Positions 41,834 through 52,420 of a stretch of 64,000 nucleotides of DNA are shown piece by piece (the first letter of the stretch is position 1; every line of letters begins with the position of its first letter). The stretch comes from an uncultured Nitrososphaeraceae archaeon (GTDB lineage: Archaea > Thermoproteota > Nitrososphaeria > Nitrososphaerales > Nitrososphaeraceae). The position numbers and the translations under genes are program-made. The notes under the pieces are model-generated. The model saw only the letters and a list, made by a program, of their open reading frames with translations, did not search any database and was not told the origin of the DNA. The stretch spans positions 64,001-128,000 of the forward strand of contig CAVSMN010000009.1 in NCBI GenBank assembly GCA_963729045.1. Reading direction: 5' to 3'.

Positions 41834-43960
41834 CTAAGCTTTAGAATAGAATCCAGCTTTTCTTTCATAAATTTGACCATCGTTCATTGCCTTTTTTATG
41901 TGCAATTTAGCATCTGAATCACTAAATTTACCGGTTTTGACTAGTTCTCCAATGAACACATTCTCTTCAACGTCATTCTTTTCTTCTCCGGAAAGACTTG
42001 AAAATATCTCCATGAAAAGTTTTAGTTTTGATATTTCGCTGAAAGGTTTTCCATGCAATACACCCAGATCAACTTTACCAGTATTGACATCAACGCCTGC
42101 GGTTTCTAGCATTCTTTGAACTAGAAACAACGATCTTTCTGCATCTTCTCTTTCGACTTTATCTTTTAACAGCAATCTTGCGCGAGCAGTAGCAAGTCTC
42201 ACTAGGCCTTCCAATTGCCTGGGTGTAACGGTAATCATACTATCTGAATCAACATTTCTCATTTTCATATAATAATCACGAATAATATTTATCGCCTCTC
42301 GAGTCAGCTCGGGTTCAACAATTTGTTTAGCAAATGCCAAGTATTTACTGAAGAGATCTATATTAATAGCGGCTTGAGATGATTTTTGGGCATCCTTATG
42401 GATTTCTAAAATATGGCTGGCGATTTTACTATCCTTTTCTTTTTCTGGAAGATCGCGTATCACATAAACAAGATCAAACCTCGTAAGAAGAGGAATTGGA
42501 AGATTTACATTTTCAGTGATATTTTTATAAGGATCATATTTGCCATACATGGGATTCGCAGCGGACAGTATAGAGGTTCTCGCATTTAATGTCGCCACAA
42601 TACCACCTTTAGCAACTGAACAAGTTTGCTGTTCCATAACTTCGTGAAGGGCTGAACGATCCTCAGCTTTTATTTTGTCGAATTCATCGATACAAACCAA
42701 CCCTTGATCTCCAAGTACTACAGCACCTGCTTCAAGCATCATTATTCCGGATTTATCTCTCACAACAGCAGCTGTTAGTCCTGCTGCAGTGGAGCCTCTT
42801 CCAGAAGTATATAATCCCCTAGGAGCTATTTTTGCGGCAAATTTAAGCATTTCAGACTTGGCTGTTCCCGGATCACCAACCAATAGGACGTTTATATCGC
42901 CTCTTCTTGTTGATCCATCATCTAATTTTTTGGTAATAGACCCCACAATTAAAAGCAAAATGGATTCTTTTATGACTTCGTGTCCATAGATATGTGGAGC
43001 AAAGGATGATACTAGTTTGTCATAGATATCAGGTTTTTTTGACAAGATCAGTATTTGTCGTTCATCTTCTGCACTGATTGAAATTCGCTCCATTGATCGA
43101 GTTTTCTTATCTCCAGCCCTACCCCCAAGATATTCTATATTATTACCTTCCATTCGTAATCTAAACAAAGAAGTCTTTTGAGTGGTGGAATTTCCCGAAA
43201 CAAAAGAAGCTTCTTGATCTATTCTAATAATTCCTGTCAACATAATCCTATCCCCTGGTCTGCATTGGTCAACCAAATCACCAAGAATTGTCACTTCTAT
43301 ATAGTGAGGGAGTTGCCCTGCAGGAAGATCCTCAGGCAATTCTTGTAATCTAACCAATTGAAAATCGATAAATAGACTGCTTTCTACATCCATTTCCATT
43401 TCTTTTTCTGAGCAATTAACGCATCTTTGTGGTTTTTTTAAAGATAATCCCTTTAATTGTGAAAAACTAATTTGATTGCAATTTAGACATCTATAGGCAA
43501 TTCTTTTTCCTAATGGTTTAACTTCTGAGGAACGTACTACCATTCCGGAAACACCAAGTAACTTATTAATAACATCGGCATTTATGTCACGCAGTCCTTT
43601 TTGAACAGCGTAATTTCCTATTCTTACCCGAATATGCTCTCTAATCTCATTTGTATAATCTGGATGTATTTCCAATAGAACAGAAATAACGGCCTCATTA
43701 AAAGCCGAAAGCATTTCATCTGGATTATGTGTAATGTCCTTTGCAAGTAGTGGACTGAAACTATCAAAATCAATATAATCAATAGTAATAGAAGTTGATG
43801 ATGTCGCCATCATATTATTAATTTTATCAAAATACTTGTAATTACCGTCACGATCCTTAAATGAACGTAAAAAAACCTCCAATTCATTTGATAATGCAGA
43901 GATGGTTTGTTGTTCTTGTTCCTGCATATTTGATGGATTTGGAGGATCAGCATTACTCAA
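41834..43960 (-). CDS. mcm: Replicative helicase MCM
   Basis: Zinc finger, LQELPE, GDPGTAKS, GLTAAV, IDEFDK, MEQQ, AANP, TRFDL, TPRQLE. Confidence 0.97.
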   Translation of the reverse strand: MSNADPPNPSNMQEQEQQTISALSNELEVFLRSFKDRDGNYKYFDKINNMMATSSTSITIDYIDFDSFSPLLAKDITHNPDEMLSAFNEAVISVLLEIHPDYTNEIREHIRVRIGNYAVQKGLRDINADVINKLLGVSGMVVRSSEVKPLGKRIAYRCLNCNQISFSQLKGLSLKKPQRCVNCSEKEMEMDVESSLFIDFQLVRLQELPEDLPAGQLPHYIEVTILGDLVDQCRPGDRIMLTGIIRIDQEASFVSGNSTTQKTSLFRLRMEGNNIEYLGGRAGDKKTRSMERISISAEDERQILILSKKPDIYDKLVSSFAPHIYGHEVIKESILLLIVGSITKKLDDGSTRRGDINVLLVGDPGTAKSEMLKFAAKIAPRGLYTSGRGSTAAGLTAAVVRDKSGIMMLEAGAVVLGDQGLVCIDEFDKIKAEDRSALHEVMEQQTCSVAKGGIVATLNARTSILSAANPMYGKYDPYKNITENVNLPIPLLTRFDLVYVIRDLPEKEKDSKIASHILEIHKDAQKSSQAAINIDLFSKYLAFAKQIVEPELTREAINIIRDYYMKMRNVDSDSMITVTPRQLEGLVRLATARARLLLKDKVEREDAERSLFLVQRMLETAGVDVNTGKVDLGVLHGKPFSEISKLKLFMEIFSSLSGEEKNDVEENVFIGELVKTGKFSDSDAKLHIKKAMNDGQIYERKAGFYSKA

Positions 43961-44546
43961 TCTTTAACACCAGTTTTTTAAAATTAGACGTCATATTGTG
44001 GAAATTCTCATAGAGAAGTTTTTCTTCTGACGATAGCTTTTCTTCGAGTTCTGGCACTAAAGGAGAAGAAGCAGAGAGTTTGACTATCTTTTGTAGTCTA
44101 GAAGCTATGAATGGATTCAAAGATACTATTAATGATTCCCTATCTTTATCTTCGATGGTACGAAGATAATTATTTACTCGTGCGTAAAAATCTGGTTCTA
44201 TTGTAGATACCTCATGACTAGGTGATATTCTTTCTCGATTTAATGCTCTTTTAATATAAGATAATTGATCATCATCATGAATTTCTACTACACCTTGTTT
44301 GCTCAAAATAATAGAGATCCATCTCGGAACCGAAGTCATATCTCCTTCTTTAGCACTAATAAAAATAAGTGGTCTTATAGATATTTCAATATCCTTTAAA
44401 TATATTACTCGTACATCCTTTAGAAGATATTCTAGAGTAGAAAAAGTATAGAAGATTGAAATATCATCTATACCTGAAATTAAGTTATTTGCAACATCAG
44501 CATCAACTTCATCAATATCGTCATGTGTAGGCAGCAATGAATTCAC
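43953..44546 (-). CDS. GINS subunit (Gins23/Psf2-like)
   Basis: Directly upstream of and overlapping mcm; VPRW, DFY, RLQKIV, LSSEEK.LY. Confidence 0.85.
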   Translation of the reverse strand: MNSLLPTHDDIDEVDADVANNLISGIDDISIFYTFSTLEYLLKDVRVIYLKDIEISIRPLIFISAKEGDMTSVPRWISIILSKQGVVEIHDDDQLSYIKRALNRERISPSHEVSTIEPDFYARVNNYLRTIEDKDRESLIVSLNPFIASRLQKIVKLSASSPLVPELEEKLSSEEKLLYENFHNMTSNFKKLVLKIE

Positions 44547-44613
44547 AAAATGTAATTATCATTCTTAGTTAATAAAATTTCAATGTCGTATTAACGGTAT
44601 CCTCTACAGAGTA

Positions 44614-45675
44614 TTGAATAATTTTAAATTAGAAAAAGATGGACAGTACATAACGATGGAAAAACGGCACCAGGAGCAGAAGCCAGAGATTATTTCTGAT
44701 ATTATGTGGGTCGAAAAATACAGACCAAAACATCTAGCTCAAATAATTAATCAAAAAGAAATTGTAAAAGGCTTGGAAAATTTAATGAAGAAACCTAACG
44801 AATTACCACATTTATTGTTTACAGGATCTGCAGGGATAGGTAAAACTACCACAGCTTTATGCCTTGCAAAACAAATGCTAGGAGATAACTGGAAAAGAGA
44901 TACTCTAGAGCTCAATGCATCAGATGAGAGAGGAATAAAAATGGTTCGTGAAAGAGTAAAAGAATTTGCATCGATCATGAAGCTTTCAATAAATCAAGAA
45001 AAAAATGAGAAGCCCTTCAAGATCATTATTTTGGATGAAGCAGATGAAATGACCACAGAGGCTCAAACAGCTTTGAGAAGAATAATAGAAGATAGTGCTA
45101 GAACTACTAGGTTTATTTTTATTTGTAACTATCTTTCACATATAATTGAACCAATACAAAGTAGATGCGTCATTTTTCGATTTTCAAAGGTTTCTGAGGA
45201 AGAAGTAATTGAATATTTGAATGATATATGTAAAAAAGAGGGAGTAAAAGTCGAAGAGAAAGCACTTCGTAAAATATATGAACATACAAATGGTGATTTA
45301 AGACATTCGATCAATATATTGCAAGCTGCCTCAGTGAACGGAAATATAAGTGCCCAGCAGGTTCAAAATGCAATAGGTATATCTGGAAAAAGCATAATAG
45401 CTGAAATAATAAAATTAGCCATTAATTCCAAATTTAATGAGTCAAGAATAAAACTATTAGAATTACTATATGTTTATGGAGTTTCAGAAACAGATTTTCT
45501 AAAATATGCCAATGAAGAGATTTATAAGCTTGATCTGAAAGATCCCTATGAAATTTCATCTATAATTGCAGAATACGATTATAGACTTGCAAATGGTGCA
45601 CACCCTGAAATACAACTCGCAGCCTTTTTAGCACAATTAGGCAAGATAAATTTGAAAAAAGACAAATCTAATTAA
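44614..45675 (+). CDS. rfcS: Replication factor C small subunit
   Basis: WVEKYRP, GIGKTT, ELNASDERG, LDEAD, QSRC, GDLR. The true start is probably downstream (~44656 or 44704). Confidence 0.96.
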   Translation: MNNFKLEKDGQYITMEKRHQEQKPEIISDIMWVEKYRPKHLAQIINQKEIVKGLENLMKKPNELPHLLFTGSAGIGKTTTALCLAKQMLGDNWKRDTLELNASDERGIKMVRERVKEFASIMKLSINQEKNEKPFKIIILDEADEMTTEAQTALRRIIEDSARTTRFIFICNYLSHIIEPIQSRCVIFRFSKVSEEEVIEYLNDICKKEGVKVEEKALRKIYEHTNGDLRHSINILQAASVNGNISAQQVQNAIGISGKSIIAEIIKLAINSKFNESRIKLLELLYVYGVSETDFLKYANEEIYKLDLKDPYEISSIIAEYDYRLANGAHPEIQLAAFLAQLGKINLKKDKSN

Positions 45676-45944
45676 AAATCATCCTCAAACTCATCGCCAC
45701 CATCCTCTTCTGTAACATCATCGAAATCTTCTTCGAATTCTTCACGTTCTTCCGCGGTCTTATATGGGATATCCGCTTCTCCTAAGTTTCCACAAACTGG
45801 ACACTTAAATTCAATTGTTTGACCCTCAAGGTCTAGTAGAAATTCTTTGGTGAAGACCTCATCACAGTTTGAACAAACAAGAGTAGTTTGTATATTTTCT
45901 TGAGTGAATTTATGCGACTGTACCCGAAAGATTGTGTTCACCAT
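45672..45944 (-). CDS. Small zinc-ribbon protein with an acidic tail
   Basis: CSNC...CPVCG followed by a D/E-rich C-terminus. Confidence 0.7.
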   Translation of the reverse strand: MVNTIFRVQSHKFTQENIQTTLVCSNCDEVFTKEFLLDLEGQTIEFKCPVCGNLGEADIPYKTAEEREEFEEDFDDVTEEDGGDEFEDDF

Positions 45945-46034
45945 ACTTATTTTACCTATAAAGAATCGGTCTTTATTATAACCTTATCTTTTTATAAATC
46001 TAAGGTTTTTTAACAAAATAACTATCTAAAAATA

Positions 46035-46844
46035 TTAACTCATGTCCAATAATTTATGCATTTGTGGAATCACTCTTACATCTTTATAAAAACTACAAAC
46101 TTCATCATATATTTTCAATATTTGCTTAGTTGAGGGAGAGTCAAATTGATAGCTAGGCTGGAGTGTTAGACCACTCAAATTGCTAATATTTGGACGCTCA
46201 AAAACTCTAGAAAGCAAATCTCTAACTTCATTTAATGTTGTGGAATTTGTAAATACGATTTTTATAAATGAAATTTTATCGCTCCTATTTAAAGCGATAT
46301 CCAAACAGCTTAGTTCGTTTTTTAAAAGATTTTCATAGGATTTGGATTCGATTACTTTTGAATCAGATGTTTTAAATTCAACTTTACAAATATCAAAATA
46401 AGGCAAAACCAATTCAAATCTTTTCCAATCAAAACAAGACGATTCCAGATATGTTTTAATCTTTAATTCGTTTTTAACAAAATCCGCAAGGGCAATCAAA
46501 GATTGAGTTTGTAATAAAGGTTCTCCTCCAGTAAAATTGATTTTATATAGGTTTGGTTGGAGATGTTGAAGGATAAGATATTTAGCTTCATTAATTGTAT
46601 AACTTTTGCCGCTTGTAGGCGATAGAGAGTATTTTGTATCACACCAATGACATTTGAGATGACAGCCTGAAAAACGTATGAATAGAGTCTTTGTTCCTGC
46701 AAGAATACCCTCGCCTTCAATGCTTACAAACATTTCATTTAATTGAACCTTGTTATGTTTGTTGGTAACAGAAAGACCGTCATCATGATCCACATAATTA
46801 TCAGCACCGTTATCATTATTGATTTTTGGATTAATAACTGACAT
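46035..46844 (-). CDS. queE: 7-carboxy-7-deazaguanine synthase (radical SAM)
   Basis: SIEGEG, FIRFSGCHLKCHWCDT, TGGEPL, QP, PQMHK; adjacent to queC. Confidence 0.93.
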   Translation of the reverse strand: MSVINPKINNDNGADNYVDHDDGLSVTNKHNKVQLNEMFVSIEGEGILAGTKTLFIRFSGCHLKCHWCDTKYSLSPTSGKSYTINEAKYLILQHLQPNLYKINFTGGEPLLQTQSLIALADFVKNELKIKTYLESSCFDWKRFELVLPYFDICKVEFKTSDSKVIESKSYENLLKNELSCLDIALNRSDKISFIKIVFTNSTTLNEVRDLLSRVFERPNISNLSGLTLQPSYQFDSPSTKQILKIYDEVCSFYKDVRVIPQMHKLLDMS

Positions 46845-47562
46845 AATTTGTTTTATCCTCCAAACCAGCTTTCAAAATTGCTTGTTTTCGATTCATGCAA
46901 GACTCACAAATCCCACAATGATTTGAAAGGTTAGTTTTTTTATCGGTAGATCCCAAATAACAGCTCCATGATTGAAAAATCTTGTCGCCCAATATTTCAT
47001 AGCCTATCAAAAGCAATTCAGATTTACTTAAGTTATCCATGGCGGGAGACCAAATATGAAGCTTTTTTCTTATCCCCAATTTAATTCCATCAATTTCAGA
47101 CAGATAAAGTACTTTTTCCAGAGAACGTGTAAAAGAGGGACGACAATCAGGGTATCGAGTATCTCCTGAATGAGCACCGTATATTACCAGAGGAATATTT
47201 AAAGAAGTTGCCCACACAGAAGCAAGAGTCAAAAAAACAGTATTTCTTAAAGGTACTACCATACTATAGTCAAAAGTTGATGGAATTTTAGATTTGGATC
47301 CGGTCAAAATATTTGTTTTCCCAAGCAAGGTTTTTAGAAACGATATGTTAATTATTTCGTGTTTTTTACTCTTCAATAATTTTGAAAAGCGCTTTGCAAC
47401 GAGCAATTCATTGGATGCGCGTTGTCCATAATCAAAAGAAATCAAATACAATTCTAATCCCATTTTTTTTAGATACGCAGCTGTGCTGATAGAATCCAAG
47501 CCACCACTAAATATACAAACAGCCTCAGAAAAATTATGAATGGGACTAGATTTTTCTTTCAA
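46831..47562 (-). CDS. queC: 7-cyano-7-deazaguanine synthase
   Basis: SGGLDS, FDYGQR, VPLRN, YPDCR, SWSCY, HCGICESC..R. Confidence 0.95.
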   Translation of the reverse strand: MKEKSSPIHNFSEAVCIFSGGLDSISTAAYLKKMGLELYLISFDYGQRASNELLVAKRFSKLLKSKKHEIINISFLKTLLGKTNILTGSKSKIPSTFDYSMVVPLRNTVFLTLASVWATSLNIPLVIYGAHSGDTRYPDCRPSFTRSLEKVLYLSEIDGIKLGIRKKLHIWSPAMDNLSKSELLLIGYEILGDKIFQSWSCYLGSTDKKTNLSNHCGICESCMNRKQAILKAGLEDKTNYVSY

Positions 47563-47584
47563 TTATGATTACTACCCTCATTCA

Positions 47585-48163
47585 CTAATGTAAACCTGAC
47601 GATGATGCTGCTGGAGCATTGTCATCAGTGTTCTTAAAATATCCCACTAATCCCCCTATTCCGTATGAAACTGAAATCATGACTCTAGTAGAAAAAAGTA
47701 TCATCTCATAATGATCTGTGTAATTATAATAAATTGTAACAACTAACAAAGATGAAAGGAGCAACGCCCCAGTTATCAATTGTTCGATACTGAAAATTTT
47801 AGAATATTTTTTTAAGAATAGGAAAGTCGAAATGTTACCCAAGGATAAACCAGTAAGCAATAGAAATGGATAATATTTTTGGAAAAATGGGATCAAAAGA
47901 AATGGTAGAGCCCAGGTTAAACCATTTATCAATTTTATAAGAAATGGCCAAGAAATACTTGTTGAGACCCGGTCTCGAAATACTTTTCGCATTGATAATA
48001 TAGGTTTCAAAAAAAGTAATAACGAGACAGCAAAGCAGCCTATCCATATGATGTAGTAATAGAAATAACTGAAATTATAAACAAATACTATATGTGATAA
48101 AATCGAAGATAATCCAAACCACACAGATATAAAAAAAAATATGAATGAGAAGACCCTGGTCAT
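47585..48163 (-). CDS. Multi-pass membrane hypothetical protein
   Basis: About 6 hydrophobic segments. Confidence 0.7.
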   Translation of the reverse strand: MTRVFSFIFFFISVWFGLSSILSHIVFVYNFSYFYYYIIWIGCFAVSLLLFLKPILSMRKVFRDRVSTSISWPFLIKLINGLTWALPFLLIPFFQKYYPFLLLTGLSLGNISTFLFLKKYSKIFSIEQLITGALLLSSLLVVTIYYNYTDHYEMILFSTRVMISVSYGIGGLVGYFKNTDDNAPAASSSGLH

Positions 48164-48381
48164 TCACTTTAAAAAACTTCACAGAGTATATAATTTAATA
48201 AGGTAATCCTAAAAATATGTAACCTGTCAGAAAAAACATGAAGGCCTGTAAATTATGCAATAAAGTAAAATTTTATTCTATTAATTATTTATTTTCTGAC
48301 ACTTTGTGCAATGAGTGTTATATAATCCTGAAGGAAAAATCAGCCAAGGAAAGGAAAAATCATTCCATTTCCTAAGGCTAA

Positions 48382-48783
48382 TTACTCCTGAACATATCCA
48401 CACTTATTACAAAATTTAGAAGAATATTTGATTGTACCGCCACAATTAATACAGTATTTTTTTTCAATATCTCCAGATTGTTTAGTGTTTAAAGTGTTTT
48501 CATGTTGTGTAGAGTAAAAATCTGCGATAGCGCCAGTGGGTTTAAAGGTCTCATCTATGTCCGGAAGGTACCTAGAAGGAGGAGAGGACATCCCGGTCTT
48601 TGATTCGGATTTTTCTTCCAAGTATGAAAGTAGACGGGGAGTAGGTGTATCTGTTTTCGAATCTTTGATTTGTTCACCCAACCAAATCGCAAATTTTTTT
48701 AGCGTCATTTCAGGTGTGGAAAAGGTTAGAGAATGGGTGGACATGTAATCTTCAGTAGCCAATCGCCCATTAAAGATTTTCAT
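48382..48783 (-). CDS. Hypothetical protein with a C-terminal zinc ribbon
   Basis: Ends YCINCG....SSKFCNKCG. The likely ATG is at 48783. Confidence 0.8.
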   Translation of the reverse strand: MKIFNGRLATEDYMSTHSLTFSTPEMTLKKFAIWLGEQIKDSKTDTPTPRLLSYLEEKSESKTGMSSPPSRYLPDIDETFKPTGAIADFYSTQHENTLNTKQSGDIEKKYCINCGGTIKYSSKFCNKCGYVQE

Positions 48784-48812
48784 AATATATACTAAAAAAT
48801 TGTGTTTATTAA

Positions 48813-49462
48813 TTATTGTGAATTGCCGCATTTATTACAAAATTTTGCTTGTTTTGGAATTGACGCAGCACAAACAATACAGTTTTTTTTCAACCCTTTT
48901 GAATCAGGTGAATCTTGCTTAGTAATTATTATATCTACTGGTTTATAGGTAGGAACTTCTTGCGGCAATGGGAAATCGTATTCTTCACTGGTGGAAGATG
49001 GAGCCGAGGGGTAAGTGGGATGAGAGGGGAGGAGGGGGGGGGGGAGGAGGATCCCGCATGACCGCCAGCAGATATAAAACCATCTACTCCAAAACCACCG
49101 CTACTACCAGTACCGCCACTACTACTACCACTATTCCCTGATCCGGATGGATAAGAGGAGGGAAAAGTAGAGGGTGAGGTAGAGGGTGGCGAGGTACTAG
49201 ACCGTTCACCTTTGCCTTTTGTAGAACCAGTTTTATCGAGTGCTGTTTTAAGTTCGAGAATTACACGACACGCTAAAAAATTTAAGGCTGAAGAAGATAC
49301 AAGGAATTCACCCATTCTTGAAAAATATTCATTACTTTCCATTTTTCCTTGTTTAAATAACTGAGTTGAATCAAAAAAAGATTCATAATTATCTTGAGTA
49401 TCATTAACTAATTGTTTTAGTTTCTCGATTAAGAGACCCAGTGTATCCACTCCAAAGGACAT
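48813..49462 (-). CDS. Protein with a helical N-domain, S/G/P-rich linker and C-terminal zinc ribbon; frameshifted at a G11 tract
   Basis: After the G-run at 49034-49044 an alternate frame reads ...EEYDFPLPQEVPTYKPVD...NCIVCAASIPKQAKFCNKCGNSQ*. Confidence 0.8.
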
Positions 49463-49587
49463 TACTTGAAAATGAATAAGAACAAATTTAAATTTATGTA
49501 ATTACTGCAACTATAGATAGCAATCTATGATAAAATTATACTTGACAATATTATCATCTTATAAAAATAATTCTGGGTGAAATAGTT

Positions 49588-50916
49588 GTGAAATTTTTAG
49601 AAGACAATTCAGATTTTGGGATAAATCCATTAGATAAGAAATACAAGGTATTATCAGGCAAAAATTTTTTTGTATTATGGTCTAGTTTAGGCATTGGATT
49701 ACTGGTAATTTCCGCAGGATCATTTATCTCCTCTTCAAATTTATCAGAAGCAATTATTGCAATAATTGTAGGATCTATTGTAGGCTCGGTATTATTAGCC
49801 TTAGCAGGCAAAATAGGTAGTGACCATTCAATTCCTTCAATAGTTAGCATGAGACCAGCCTTTGGTCTGCATGGCTCATATTTTCTTACAATCTTAAATA
49901 TCTTTCAATTAATAGGCTGGTCGACTTTTGAGATAACAATATTATCAAAAGCTGCAAGCATTTTTAGTAATGGATATATTGATTTTTATATTTGGTCGAT
50001 CGTTTTTGGAACAGTAATCATCCTCTTTTGTATTTTGGGACCCTTAAAAATAGTTAAACAATGGTTAACCAAGTTTGCCGTCTGGGTCGTATACGGTTCA
50101 ACAATCATCATGCTCATAAATATAATATTGGGTGCCAACAATCTAGATACAGCCAGTTTATTAAATTCAGGTTCTAGTGAATTTAGTTTTTTTAATTCTC
50201 TAGATTTAGTCATTGCTATGCCATTATCATGGCTACCTCTGGTCGCAGATTACAATAGGTTTGCTAAAAAAAGCAAAAATGCTTTTTTGGGAACATTTAT
50301 TGGATTTTCAATTACAAACTGTCTTTTTTATGTAATTGGGCTCTTATTAGGCATTAGTGACATATTTGCAATACTACTTGCAATTCAAACCTTCTTTTAC
50401 GGATTTGTCTTGCTGGTATTAATCGTAGATGAAGTAGATAACGTTTTTGCAAATATTTTCTCATCTGCAATGTCATTTAAGAACATATACAACAAAATAA
50501 ATTACAAATATCTTGTTGTTTGTTTCACAATAGTAGGAGTAGTACTGTCCAATTTAATTCCAATTTATCAATATGAAAACTTTTTATTGATAATAGGAGC
50601 ACTATTTGCCCCCCTTTTTGCAATTGTTTTGACGGATTATTACATCATAAGGAAGGGGCGAATATCTGTCGAGAAATTCTATGAAAAAAACAACAAGTTC
50701 AAAATATCAGCCTTTTTTTCATTTTTCGTTGGAAGTATTACTTACTTTATTCTCTCCCCTATTTCGCCGCTTCATGTAGAGGATTTTGCACTAAATATAG
50801 GTTCAACGATTCCAAGTATAGCAATTTCGATTTTAGTCTTCTTAGTAATAGAACTTTTAATAAAAAAAGTTAAATTGAAAAATAAAGAATATTCTACAGA
50901 CAAGAAAATTGAGTAA
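49588..50916 (+). CDS. NCS1-family permease, CytX-like (putative hydroxymethylpyrimidine/cytosine transporter)
   Basis: About 12 TMs; RPAFG..GS, LNIFQLIGW, AMPLSWLPLVADYNRF, FAPLFAI..TDY. Confidence 0.85.
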   Translation: MKFLEDNSDFGINPLDKKYKVLSGKNFFVLWSSLGIGLLVISAGSFISSSNLSEAIIAIIVGSIVGSVLLALAGKIGSDHSIPSIVSMRPAFGLHGSYFLTILNIFQLIGWSTFEITILSKAASIFSNGYIDFYIWSIVFGTVIILFCILGPLKIVKQWLTKFAVWVVYGSTIIMLINIILGANNLDTASLLNSGSSEFSFFNSLDLVIAMPLSWLPLVADYNRFAKKSKNAFLGTFIGFSITNCLFYVIGLLLGISDIFAILLAIQTFFYGFVLLVLIVDEVDNVFANIFSSAMSFKNIYNKINYKYLVVCFTIVGVVLSNLIPIYQYENFLLIIGALFAPLFAIVLTDYYIIRKGRISVEKFYEKNNKFKISAFFSFFVGSITYFILSPISPLHVEDFALNIGSTIPSIAISILVFLVIELLIKKVKLKNKEYSTDKKIE

Positions 50917-50930
50917 AAAGATGATGTAAA

Positions 50931-52182
50931 ATGTCGACGTTGAAAAAGAGAATAGTAATCCTGGGTGCAGGCTATGCGGGGATTTTTCTTAGTACTAACC
51001 TTTCATCAAAATTAAACAAGGATTCAAATGAAATAATACTGATAGATAGAAACAATTATCATCAGCTAATGCAAGAAATACATCTAGTAGCATCTGGTTT
51101 TAGAACTGCAGACCAATTGAAAATTCCAATCTCATCCTTAATTCAAGGGAAAAATGTACATTTTATTCAAGACGATATAAAGAGAATAGTTCCTGACAAG
51201 AGTCTTATATCTTTGAATTCAGGAGATATCAAATATGATGAATTGATAGTTTGTTTGGGATCTTCTACAAAATACTTCAATATACCAGGTGCTGATAAAT
51301 ACACCCTTCCTATTAGATCAATATATGATGCTTCAATTATTCATGATCACATTTCAAAAATAATTAATGAAGAAAATAAAAAACACAATATAGTAATAGT
51401 AGGAGCCGGGGCCACAGGTATAAGTCTTGGGAGCGCTTTGGCGGAGATGATAAATGCTTCACCAAATAAAAGCAATATTAAAGTAAACATAATCGAGGCT
51501 ACCTCAACTATCTTACCTGGATGGGATATCAGAGTCAAAAATAGAACTGAAGAGATTTTAAAAGACAAAGGTATAAGGATTTTCCATAACTCACTTGTGG
51601 AAAGAGTAGAAGAACAGTACTCTATTTCTTAAGGATGGTCTAGAGATTAATTCTTCATTAATAATTTGGACAGCAGGAGTAAGAGGATATAACATAGATA
51701 TAGAGCCTACAATCGACAAGACCAATGATGGTAGAATAATAGTTAATGAATATTGCCAAACTAATCAGTATAAAAATATCTATTCGATTGGTGATTTGGC
51801 AGCAATGAAAAACTCTAAAGGGACATTATATCCTCCATTAGCACAAATCGCAGTAAGGCAAGCACGTTATTTGGCAGACAACATAGCAGAACACTATATC
51901 AAAGGAAACAATCCAAAAGAAAAATTTGATTATGAAATAAAAGCTCAAATAATTTCTGTAGGGAGTGATGAATATGTTGGATTGTTAAATAATTATGTAG
52001 TGAGTGGAGATCTTGCAAAGATGATTGATGAATTTACCAAACAAACGTACATGAAATCGTTGAAGACTGGAGGGAAAAACATATCTGTCAATCTATATGA
52101 AAATGACTTTTTTTCGCAAGTGATGGCAGGTATAACCTTCGCTGGATTCACATTCTTTAAAGGTTTAGAAAAATTGGCATAA
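50931..52182 (+). CDS. Type II NADH dehydrogenase-like FAD oxidoreductase; frameshift at ~51615
   Basis: ILGAGYAG, IPGA, VGAGATG; the shifted frame continues with IIWTAGV, IYSIGDLA, PPLAQIAVRQA. Confidence 0.88.
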
Positions 52183-52420
52183 TACTTTAAGATAATAAAA
52201 GATACTCTAATTTTTTCTCTCTTTTGTTTGCTATAATTAAGTGGCAATTCAAAAAAAATAATACAAACTTAGTTTTTCATTTATTTGGATTCAAAACTGA
52301 GTAACAATAGAATTGACTTCTATCAATATTAATATCAATTAATATCAATATCAATTTAGTATTTTAAATTCTCAAAAATCTCAAAAAACAGACAAAGAAA
52401 AAAATTGACTCGATGGATCT

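Noticed and set aside
46035..47562. queC/queE as a 7-deazaguanine DNA-modification (dpd) system
   Set aside because: No dpdA-like gene is nearby; archaeosine tRNA modification explains them in archaea.
52320..52357. Short AATATC repeats between convergent genes
   Set aside because: Low-complexity AT-rich sequence with no supportable function.
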